Part shown: positions 1 through 10,820 of the stretch, one piece after another
How the letters are laid out: each line of letters begins with the position of its first letter
Position numbering within the stretch: the stretch's first letter is position 1
Source of the DNA: an uncultured Chthonomonadaceae bacterium
GTDB taxonomy: Bacteria > Armatimonadota > Chthonomonadetes > Chthonomonadales > Chthonomonadaceae
Direction: 5' to 3'
Length of the DNA: 64,000 nt
Assembly: GCA_963835065.1 (NCBI GenBank)
Contig: CAWIEK010000042.1
Span: forward strand, 47,731 to 111,730
Program-made: the position numbers and the translations under genes
The notes under the pieces: generated by a model
Databases searched by the model: none
What the model was told of the DNA's origin: nothing
The model's input: the letters and a program-made list of their open reading frames with translations, nothing else

Positions 1-231
1 CACGCCCGGTTCCGGCACAATCGTAAGCGGCGTTGCCGGCGCGGGGGCGGGGCGGGGTATGGATGGCGCAACAGTGCGGGGTGTTGTTGGCGGGGGGGTT
101 TTGAGCGTGGAACTGCCGGGTTGGGAAGCGGGCGCAGACGCGGGTATTTGCGCGTTCAGGCGCGTCTCGAAACCGGCTCCTGCCGCCAATACAAGCGCCA
201 GAAAAGAAAAGCGGCGCAATCTATTTTGCAT
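1..231 (-). CDS. Secreted Pro-rich protein, 5' part (runs off window edge)
   Basis: ATG at 231 preceded by GGAAAGG; reads MQNRLRRFSFLALVLAAGAGFETRLNAQIPASAP (signal peptide then Pro-rich stretch); overlaps the redoxin stop. Confidence 0.6.
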   Translation of the reverse strand, partial: MQNRLRRFSFLALVLAAGAGFETRLNAQIPASAPASQPGSSTLKTPPPTTPRTVAPSIPRPAPAPATPLTIVPEPGV

Positions 232-949
232 GGTACGTGCCTTTCCGGGTAGTGGAACGGGAAGAGGTTTGGGGTTGGGCGGGCGCGTCGCAGCGTCGTA
301 ATTCCGTCAGAATACGCGACACCAGGGCGGGCGCGGCGAACGCTTTTGCCCCATCCGCAGGCGAAGGGTTGGTATAGCGCAGGATGCCGCGCCGATCCAG
401 GACAAACACGCGGGGGCAGGCAAGCGCCTGATAGCGTTCCGCCGCCTGATCCGTGTCATCGGTCAACAGCAGGGTTTGTTTCGCATCCAGCCCGGTTTCG
501 ATTATAAAGCGCGAAGCGTCTGCCGCCGCGCCCGTATACACCACCAGCGTCAAGGGGGGATGCGTTGCCGCGCCTGTGGCTTTTGACGGGGGCTTTTTTG
601 CCGCTCCCTGCGCCGCTTCCGGTTTCCCCATTGCCCCTTGCAGGGTTTCCGGCTTTCCTGCCGCCATTGTGGGCGTTGCTTCCAATTCCCCGCTTCGCTG
701 CACATCCGCCCACGCCCGCGCGCACTCGTGGCACGGTTCGCACCCGCAGTAAAAGAACAGCAGAACGCTGCGCCCCCGATACGACGCGAGGGCATGGGGT
801 TTGCCCTGCGCGTCCGGCAGCGTAAACGCCGGAGCCGCCTGTCCGAGTTGCGGCAACGGCGGCGCAGACGGCGGCGCGGCCAGGCAATGGCTTCCGCTTC
901 CAAGCGCCAACGCGCACAGCAACATTCGTACTATGCCCTTGTTCACCAT
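221..949 (-). CDS. Secreted redoxin/AhpC-TSA family (thioredoxin-fold) protein
   Basis: Signal peptide; APAFTLPDAQGK...GRSVLLFFYCGCEPC motif; ACPRVFVLDRRGILRY. Confidence 0.8.
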   Translation of the reverse strand: MVNKGIVRMLLCALALGSGSHCLAAPPSAPPLPQLGQAAPAFTLPDAQGKPHALASYRGRSVLLFFYCGCEPCHECARAWADVQRSGELEATPTMAAGKPETLQGAMGKPEAAQGAAKKPPSKATGAATHPPLTLVVYTGAAADASRFIIETGLDAKQTLLLTDDTDQAAERYQALACPRVFVLDRRGILRYTNPSPADGAKAFAAPALVSRILTELRRCDAPAQPQTSSRSTTRKGTYHAK

Positions 950-1000
950 TCTTCGCCTTTCGCCTTAACTTTTCAGCGCCATCTCCCAAGATACCAGTCT

Positions 1001-1060
1001 CCCCTCTCCCAAGCTTTTTGGGAGAGAGGGCGTGTCCACAAGTGGACGCCCGGCGAGGGC
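1001..1060. repeat. REP-like palindromic element, copy 1
   Basis: CCCCTCTCCC/GGGAGAGAGGG hairpin followed by GTCCAC-AA-GTGGAC; related copy in opposite orientation at 58002-58067. Confidence 0.7.
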
Positions 1061-1084
1061 CTGAATCAATATATGGAATGAGGT

Positions 1085-4000
1085 TTAGCGTGAGCCACTC
1101 CCTGCCAGAACGCGCGTTGTATATGCAATCCCCACGTTGGCGGGGTTGGTGAAGTCCAGCGTCAGGGTGGTCGTGCCGCCTGCGCCGAGCGCGCTGCCGG
1201 ACAGCGTGGCGTTGATATACGGGCTGTTGACGGGCGTCAGCAGGTTGGTCACGCCGGTTTTATTGTACAGCGCCACGCCCGCGTTCAATTTGTCGAGCGC
1301 AAGCGAGATGGGCGCGGTGATGGCGTTGTTGCTCGTGTTGGTCAGGGTGATGGTCTGCTGATAGTGTCCCGTCGAGCGGTTGTACCGATACGCGGAGCGC
1401 GTCACCGTAACCTTATCGCTGACATCCTGCGCGATGGCGTCAATGGTGAACAGCAGGCCATTGGACTTGCCGCCACCCGGCGCGGGATTGGATACCTGTA
1501 CGCTGGCCGTGCCGCCATACGCGAGGTCGGCATCCGAGACCGTGAAACTGACCTGCGCCGACGACAGGTACGTGGTCGGATGGACGACGCCGTTCCAGGT
1601 GACGACGGAACTTTCCACGAACCCCGACCCGGTAATGGTGATCGCAAATCCCTTGCTGCCGGCTTTGGCCGAAGTGGTGGACAGGGACGTAAGCGACGGC
1701 ACGGGATTGTTGACGGTAAAACTCATCACATTGGAGACTGCGCCGAAACCGCCGTTCGCCACCATGAGCGTGGCGGTTCCCGCGGCGGCAACGTCACTGG
1801 CGGGGATCGTGGCGCGGAGCCGGGTCGCCGACAGGTACTGCGTGATGCGCTGTGAACCGTTCCAGTACACCTGCGAGTCGGCGGTGAAGCCGGTTCCGCT
1901 GACGGTGAGGGTAAAGGCTGGGCTTCCCGCCACAATGGAAGCCGGGTCCAGCCCGTCCAGCGTGATTTTCGTGACGGCAAGCGGCACGATCATTGCCAGC
2001 TTGTCGCGAGAACTGGTCACGAGATAGCCGTACCAGGGCGTAAACAGGATGCTGTCGGGGTTTTCATCCGGCAGTCCGAGCGTTTTGTACATTTGGGCGG
2101 CCACATCGTAGTATTGGGCGGACGAGTTGACCGACAGCGGTGTTTGCATTCGCGCGCCGTCTTGCAGCGTCAGGGTTTTGGTTCCGTCCGTCACCAGCAG
2201 GTCTTTCCAATCGACGGTGAACGGGAGCGGGTTGCCCAATTGCGTCAGGCCGATGTACGGCAGGGACAGCGAGCGATCCGCAAAGTCCACGCGGTAGCCG
2301 TTGAACAGAATGGATCGTACTTCATTCCGATTCGTTTGCAGGAGATAGCCTTCGCCCGTCAGCAGATTGCCGAAAGCGCGGGGGCTGTCTTTGCTGTAGA
2401 AAATCGTGTCCTGAATGGTACTATCGAAACGGGACAGTCGCCCCGACAGGCCCGACCGTCGCCGGGATCGAAATTGGTCAGCACTTTGGGCGGGGTGGGA
2501 TCGAGCGGCATACCCGGCAGGGCGAACAGGTTGGTTCCGGGCGCAAGCTGGCCGGGCGGCGATTGGAACGTCAGCGCCAAGCTTGCGGTATCGGTAAACA
2601 CGTCCTGTGCGCGGCGCGTCCTGATCAGGGGGCTGTATTTGCCGCCACAAATTCCATGGACGCGATCCCGGTCATGCCAACGACATCGCCCACAGCGGGC
2701 GTACTGCCAAGCGCAGGCAGCATCACCTTGACTGGTGTACCGTAGCCATCATCGAGCAGCAGCGCAAGGCTGTTGACCGCCGTAACCCGGCTCAACGTGC
2801 GCGTCAGCAGGCCAACCGTTGTCAGGCCGGAGCCGCCCGTCATGCCGATTTGCCCCGCGCCGCTGTCGGGATCGTAGGCGTAATCGCCGCCGAAGTAATG
2901 GCGCGTGGTCAGGCCGAGCGGACTGATGCCTGCGCGCCGGTTACGTTCACCTGGCTGGCCTCCACGAAGCGTTCGCCGTTCGCGTCCGTTCGCATGGTTC
3001 CCATGACGGTGGCGAGCGCGCCCTCGCGGATGGTATCCTGCGGCGTGCTGTAGATCACTTTCAGCGCGGAACTCCGATCCTGCGCTTCGACATAGAAACT
3101 GTCGGAGTAGTGGGCCGTAATGACGACATCCGTCAGAATCACCTGCAGGCCGTTGCCAAGTTTTTTGGCTCCCCCGGCGGGACGTTGGCGGGCGCAAGCT
3201 GTCCGTAGATAAGCGTGTACGCGCCGGTCGTGTCCTTGTCGAACACGTACAAGCGTTGCTGGCGATCCGGGGACTGCCCGACAAGGCGCACCGTGCGGTC
3301 TGTCGTCCAGGCGTTGTCGCCAACGCGAATTTCCTTGCCGTCGGAGCGGATCACGCGCAGCAGTTGGTACTTGCCTTTGGCCGGGTCGTTCGTCCGCATA
3401 TAAACAAAGCCGCCGGACGGATTGGACAGCGTCAGCTTCACTTTGAGATGCGCGTTCGACACCGCGCCATCCGTCATGGCATCCGTGCGGGCGGTAACAG
3501 GGCTGGTCGTGTTGTCACTGCTCCAGACGGTATCCGGCAGTTTGTTCACGTCGGGAATGTCGTTGACAAGGAAATCGGGCTTGCCGTCGTCGTCGGGTCT
3601 ACAATGCGGACGACGTGTTCCAGTATCGTGAATGTCCACGCTGTCAATCAGGGACGTGCGCGGGTTGCCCAGATCATCGACATGCTTAAACTGGCGTCGT
3701 AATCAATAAACTTGCCTTGCAGCGTGGAAGTCATAAAGAAGGTTGCGGTCGCTGTGCTTTGCGGCGCGAGGTCGCCCAGATTGACCAGAAGCGAGGGCGA
3801 GACGGGCATCGCGTTGACCTGTGAGCCAATCAGCATGAAGGCGATGAGCAGGCCCTTCTGGTTGTCCACGATTTGCGGCTGCGACGAGGCGATCTGCAAG
3901 TTCGCGCCGTGCCATAGCCCTTGTTGACCACGAGCAAGCCGAGAGCAAACGGCTCTGACGGCTCGATGTCGGGCGTAAACGGATCATCGGCATACACGTC

Positions 4001-7000
4001 GCGCTGCCAGAAATAATGGAATTGCAGCAAGGGATCGGGCTTGACGATGATCGGCGTCGGGTCAAGGGGGATTACCACCGTCTGGCCGCCTTCTTTGTAG
4101 GTAACGCTTCCGCCGACATAATAGGTTGTGGTACTGAACGGCGCGGCATCCCGCGTGGGCGTTATCGTCGACATCGCTGTGCCGGTCGTGCCCGGATTGA
4201 GAATGCCCGTGCCGTCAATGGCATTGAAGCCCGTAATCACAGGCGCAGGCACTCCGAATAAGGTATCAGCAGGCTGCCCGCCTTGATCGAGCAGCTTCAA
4301 TGAAACGTTGATGTTCTCAAGTTTTACGTTGGCGGGCGTATTTTCCAGTTCGAGCGTCGCTTGGAAGGCTGTGCGCGTCAAAGTGACGTCTTGGTTCAGA
4401 CGGATTTTCACTTTGGCGATACTCCTCCTTCAGGATTTAATGCCTCGTTTTTTATCAGATCAATGGCAGATGACAGGCCATCGTAGAGACTTGTAAACCC
4501 TTCTGCACTATCCTCCACTTCCGCCGTCGCTGCCGCAGTGAATTTGGGCTGCCAAATATCTGTGGCAATAAAGACCGTACTGATTCCAGCGGGAACTTCC
4601 GTTGTGATCGTGATGCTTGGTCGTTGTAACTACGGCAGGATTAACCGTTTGATAAGCTCCACGGCATCCCCATTGGTAATCGGTTGTGGCAGAGGCAGGC
4701 TCAACAGCGCGGCTCGTTCAGCGTCTGTAATCATCCCGTCCCTTCTCCCATGTCAACCCCTCGCAAAAATGTGTCAAGACTATTTCCTCATGTACTGTTG
4801 TCCTAAGTAGCGCGCGAAGAGCGTAGATAGTTTACAGGAGAGGCTGCATGAAAGAATAATGTCAGAAGCTCAAGGAGGTTGGGATCAGATTGTATTTAGA
4901 TGTGATCGCAGGCGGTCAAGACATCGTAGACGCATTTCAGGACTTCTAGATGTACCTGACACAAGCCCTATCGCGCCGGGACATAACGTTTCAGCCTTTA
5001 GCAGTTCAACCTCGCACCGCATCATTTTCCAAGGCAGATGTCGGCAGTTTTTGTAGCAACTCACCAACTTTACCTTTTCACAATCTTCAGCGCACTGGCG
5101 CGTTTGATCGAAGAAGGCGGTACAGTTTGGAAAGCAGAAGTCAAACAGGCAATGAACCACTATCAAGAAACGCTTCTGCACACAGGGATCGCATATGTCG
5201 AGACTATTCACAACTATGCTGGGGCTAATTGCAATTGCGACGGAAGCATCTCCATAAGGAAAGACCGATACAGATGCGGCTATCTCCGGTTTTGATGGTG
5301 GTTTGTGTAACGAGGGTAATCGGTGTATTGCAGATGTAAAAGGTTGTCACTGTGCTAGGGATGGAGCAGTCTGCATCGTTGATTTTAGGCTCGTTGTTCT
5401 TCTTAATCGTGACGGGCACCACCGCGTTGTCAGCGCGTCGATGGTTCCAAGTCTTGAAGCGCGGGCGTTACTGTGTAGGAAGCATTAGAGTCGAAGGTGA
5501 ATTTGCTACTGTTGGCGGCGATCAGGCTGTGATTGGTAATCACGTAATTGACGATGGTTTTGCTGTCAGCGTCAAATTGGAGATTTTTCACATCCAGATA
5601 AGCGGGTGAAATCGTCACGACGGGAGCAGGAACATGCGTTTGGAACGTGGCTTACAGCGTGACTGCGTACTTATCCTGAGTGTCCACCGGCACGACCGAC
5701 CAACTATATGTAACCAACTGGCGGGGCAGGAAGGGCTTGACGGTGATCTCCTGGCCGGGCAGAATGGTTAGGGACAGTTTAGCCGCGCCGTGCGTGGCGG
5801 CGGTGGCTTCGAGGTTGTAGGAGCCTTCGGGGAGTTTGAGCAATTCCAGCGTACCTTTGTCATCCGTTGTGCTCTGCGCCACAACCGCGTTGGTTTGCGG
5901 GTTCTTGATAACGATGGATGCGCCCGCCACATTCGGCATATCGGCGGCGAAGAAACTGTACTCATGCTGCGCGATTACTTAAATCGCTTTGGCGTAGGAC
6001 GTATTGACGATGTTGAAGGGCAGGAGCAGGCTGGTATTCGTGCCATTAAGCGCGATGTTGCCCGTGTACAGTACAGAGCCAGGGTGGGAGAAGGCGTCAG
6101 CAGGAGAGAAATGGTTGTAGTGGCTCCGGGCGCGAGGTTGCCGATGGTTGCTGGGGAAGACAGAGAAAGCCAATCCGCTTTGGGGATGCTCACACTAAGC
6201 CCCGTCGCGTACACGCTGCCCGTGTTGTGATCTGCACTTCAGCGTGTTTTGCTTGCCCCGCGTCATGCCGCCATAAAGGAGCCGGGATTCGCCGTCAGTT
6301 GCGGGCGGCGCGGATCACGGTGACATTCAGCGTGATGCGGGCGTCCTCGCCTTCGTTGGTGGTGAAGTGGATTACGGGCGCGGATTGCAGAACGCTTTCG
6401 TCGCTTGCGGTAATCGTGTACGAGGCCATTTGAACTGCTAGAGAATTGACCGAGTGGGGCAGGCTGACCTGAATGCTGAGATTGGCCTGCGGGTTTTCAA
6501 TAGAAACCTTGATTCCCGTAAGCGGGCCGCCGCTCAGGTTGCCCAATTGCAACTGGCCCTGCACGGCAACGGTGGGGTTCAGCATGAGCGGGATCTGGTC
6601 GGGAGTGGCAACCAGGTTGCTGACCTTGAGGAACTCAATCGGCATGGCGAGCGCGTTGTCGTCCTCACTCGTTTCCTGAATTTTGTTGTCCGCGTCCGCT
6701 TTCACGATCAGGTAGTAGTTGCCCGCCGGCTTGAGCGGCATTTGTATCTGCCGGGATTGGTCGTAGCTGTTGAATGCTTCAGTTCCGAGGCGCGGTCAAA
6801 TTTGCCCAGCAATTGCGCGCTTGCGTCCAATGTCGGCGTGTCGGAAAGATAGACGGAATCCACCAGGTTCCGGTCGCGTCGCCGGCCCGCTGTTGAGCGT
6901 CTGCCACGACACGGCAATGGTATCAGCGCGCGCACCGGGGACGTAAACTTCAGGCTGGTAATGGACAGATTGGGATACTGGATGTCAGCGTGGTAAACAT

Positions 7001-7999
7001 CTGGTCGGGCGAAGCCGCGTCATGGCAGCCGTCCGTTGATTTCACGCGATAGTGGTACGTGGTTTTGGGCGTAAGTCCGGTGAGAACCACGCCGTGCGCT
7101 GTGACCTGATTGGCGTCCAGATTGGACGATTGGCCGTAAGCGGTTGTGGTTCCATATTCCACCTGCGACGTTGCGGGGCGGTCGGTAGTCCAGTTAATTG
7201 TGGCTTTAACATCGCGGGGCGTGGCGTCTACGCCGCTGATGGTTGGCGGCGTCAGCAGCACGGTAAACGCGCGCTGCGCCGGGGTCGGGTCCACATTGCC
7301 CGAAGCGTGAATGGCGGATACCTGGAACGTATGTGCGCCTTCCGTCAGGTTGGAAAGGGTTGATTGCGTGTTGAACGTGGGCTGCCAGTCGCCGCCATCC
7401 ACGCGGTACTGGTACGTCAATGATCGGTTGGCGTGACATCATCTGAAAACGTGAAGGTGAAGGTAGCGGTGTTGACGCAGACCTGCCCGCTCTCATCCGG
7501 CCCGCCCGTAATGGTGGTTTCCGGCGGAGCCGTATCTTTGGCGACAACCTGTACCGCGAAATCCTGCTGCGCCTGATTGTCCTGCGCGTCGGCATCCCCG
7601 CCGCCATAAATCGCCGCCGTGCCGTGATAGGTCCCGGTGGGAATATCGCCGTCAATGTCCAGTTCAAACAGGCGCTTGTTGGTGATGGACTGTCCGCACC
7701 CAATGGCCAGGTGAAGTTGATGAAGAACGGCAGGCCGTCGCCCGCAATCAGGTCGGTATCCACCAGCGTCACGTTGACCGCGTTGAGATAAATGACGTGA
7801 TCGCTGTTGTTGTAACGGTGGCATTGACGCCGACAACGCTGGCCTGTGCGCCCGAAATGGGCGACGTTGTAATCGTCAGCGTCACGTCGTCGAAACGCGG
7901 CGCAGGCTGCTTCAGCCCGGCCAGCACGGACGACGCGCCCCACAGCGCGATGCAGGCGCACAGCAGTATCCACCAAAAGCGCAGGATCGTACTTTTCAT
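1085..7999 (-). pseudogene. Very large secreted multidomain surface protein (Ig/FN3-like, CARDB, carboxypeptidase-regulatory-like, Cys-rich segment, OB-fold-like, IPT/TIG), interrupted by many frameshifts
   Basis: Signal peptide MKSTILRFWWILLCAC at 7999 with GGAG RBS; collinear fragments 7769-8011, 7417-7836, 6950-7420, 6295-6741, 5652-5939, 3830-4411, 3139-3639, 2909-3142 and 1085-2650 read on across frame changes. Confidence 0.7.
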
Positions 8000-8029
8000 T
8001 GCGAACTCCACAAAAACAACAAATAAGAG

Positions 8030-10759
8030 CTACGGCACAGTGATTTGTTTGGAAGCGGACAGCGATTTACCGCTTGCCGTGACCGTGATGGTGAACACGC
8101 GGCTGCCGGCAGCAAGCGTGTTGGGAAACGTGACTTTCAGGGTTCCGGTTGTCGCGCCGGCGGCCAGATCGCCGATGGAAAGGGGCAGCGTAGTTGTCGT
8201 GCCGGTCGTGTCCAGTTTGGCGATGGTGATTTTGCCGGCGGCTGCGATTGCCGTGCCGACGTTTTTCAGCGTAAACGTCACCGTGACACCCCCGCTGCGC
8301 GTGGCCGTTGCCGCGCTGATGGACAGTTGCGGGATGCCGGTAATCGTGAACGGCAGGGCGTTGGATGTGCCGCCGCCAGGTGACGGGTTGGCAACCGTGA
8401 AAACATGAAGATGCCGAATAGTCCGAACACCGAAGTGATTGAATGCGTCGGGGACAGATAACTCGTCGGGCGCGGGCTGCCGTTCATTGCGCCTGCGACG
8501 CGAGGAAATTGGTTCCGGTAGCGTCAGAACAAAGCTGGAACCGCCTGCTGTCGCGGAATTGGGGCTGAGGGCAGACAGGGTAGGCGCGGGGTTCTGGATT
8601 TGGAAGGTTAGGGCGTTGGACACGCCGCCGCCCGGCGCGGGCGTGGATACCGTGACATTGACAAGTCCGGGCGCGGCCACATCCGTCGCGCTGATGATGG
8701 CAGTCAGCGTGGTGCGGAAACATACGTTGTAGTTCGGTTCGCGCCGTTCCACTGAATCACGGATTCCGGCTCAAATCCCGTACCTGTCACGGTAGCGTAA
8801 ATTGCCCGCTTCCGTAGCGTGGAATTGGGACTGAGCGCGGTAGGGCAGGCGCGGGATTGTTGACCGTAAAGTTTAGGCTGTTGAATAAGCCACCGCCCGG
8901 CAGCGGGTTGTAAACCGAAATGGGGAACATACCCGCAAGGGTAAGGTCGGACGCGGGGATAGTGGCGGTAATCTGCGTAGTGGATACAAATGTTGTGGCG
9001 CGCTCCTGCCCGTTCCACAGCACAACCGAACCGGGTACGAAATCCGCGACATTCACCATCAGCTTGAACGCGGCGCTGTTGCGCATGGCATTGGCGGGCG
9101 TAATGTGGGTCAGGGTCGGGCCGGGATTGGCGTCGCCCACAAGCAGCGAGACGGCAAAGCCGGACGTATTGCCAAGCGGGGCGGTAGCGGTTGCGGATAA
9201 AAAGTGCCCCGAACTCACGGGCGGAAGCTGCACGTTGAAGTTGGCCGTGCCGCCGCGTCCGTCGTCACGCTGAGAGCGCCGAGATAGGTTTCCCCTTCGC
9301 CGAACCCGGAAGGGTCTGCGTCCTGATTGTCGAAGAACTCCAGGCGGTACGTGGTGTTGGGTGCGGCCACAAGCGAGCCGATAACGAACGTGGTTGTTGC
9401 GGACGCAATCACCGATGACAGAACGGGCGCGGGCTGCAAATCGTTGCCGCCCGTCACGCCATCCGTATCCAGAAAAATGCCCAGGTCGCCATTGTTGAAA
9501 ATGCTGTTGCCGAGTATGGCGATCTGATCGGCATACGCGCCATCATCACCCAATCCGACAAACACGCCTTCCAGCGCGTTCGAAGTTAATGGTGTTGCCT
9601 ACAACGCTGTTGTCTGAGGCATACGCTGACACGCCGAACTGCCCGTTGCCGTGCAGAATGTTTTCCTGAATGGTGTTGCCGCTCGAACCCAGGCCGTACA
9701 CGGTCACGCCATCCGCGACGTTGCCGCTGATATTATTTCCAAGCGCCGCCGTCTTGCCGCCGATGGTATTGTTCGCGCTCCCGCCGCGAATTTCCACGCC
9801 GTAAGCGTTGGCAAGGATGGTATTGCCCTGCGCCACATTCCCCGTTGTCGTAACGCCTTCCAGCACAAGGCCGGACGCGACGTTTGCGCCGATGCTGTTG
9901 TTTTGAAAGCTGTTGTTTGCGCCGTCCGCGACATAAATGCCTTCCGCGCCGTTGCCAAGCGGCAAAAACAGTACATTGACGCCGATGTTGTTGCTGACAA
10001 ACGTATTGCCGGACGTTCCCCGGAAAGAATCACGCCCTGCGCGCCGCTTGCGCAGATGTAATTGGTATCGAAAACGCTGCCGCTACCGCCATCCACAATT
10101 GCGCCAATCAGATTACCGACACCCACCATGCCCGACACGTCGGTTCCGATGAAGTTGTTTTGGACAAGGCTGGAAGCGTTGTTCAGCAGCAGCCCGATGC
10201 CGTTCCCGGAAATGACGTTGAGTGTGACGCGGTTGCCGTTGGACTGCTCCATCCAGATGCCATAAGTGCTGCCGAGCGCGACCGTGCCGCCGATGTCGGT
10301 TCCGATGTAGCAGTTGGAAACGGTAGTGTTCGCCGTTTGCGGCAACAGATGAATGCCCGCGCTGCCAAAACGGTTGATAACCAGATCATGCAGGAAACAT
10401 TGCGAGGCACCGACCTGCAATCCGTCGCCGTCCGATACCGCCAGCAGGCTGCCGTCCAGTTCAATGGAAGGCGCGTCATTCGGCTGTTTGCCGTTGATTT
10501 CCACTCTGTCGGTAAGAGTCGGCAGGGGCGTCAGGGGCTGAATCGTCTGCGAAACGCCCACGTCCATGTTGAAGATGATTATATCTGGGCCGGGATGCGC
10601 GTTGGCGTCCAGAATGGCCTGGCGCAGCGTGCCCAGTCCGTCATCGTCCGCGTTCGTAACCGTGTACGTATCGGCGCGCGCCACACTTCCCAGCCCCGCC
10701 AGCAACAACAGCAGGGCCACAAACCAAAGCAGGCGCGTATGTGCAAAGCGGCGTATCAT
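8030..10759 (-). pseudogene. Secreted right-handed beta-helix + IPT/TIG repeat protein, frameshifted
   Basis: Signal peptide then TVTNADDDGLGTLRQAILDAN and N-x-I-G-T-D beta-helix repeats; NPAP-type IPT repeats; fragments 9704-10759, 9546-9965, 9215-9565, 8787-9233, 8030-8752. Confidence 0.75.
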
Positions 10760-10820
10760 GCAAAATTCCTCGCAACAAATGGTTCCAATGAGTGCCTATC
10801 TATCCTCAACCCTCAACCCC

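Noticed and set aside
4859..5295. Plus-strand ORFs suggesting a foreign gene inserted in the surface-protein gene
   Set aside because: The minus strand carries continuous domain sequence of the host protein; plus ORFs are short and motif-free
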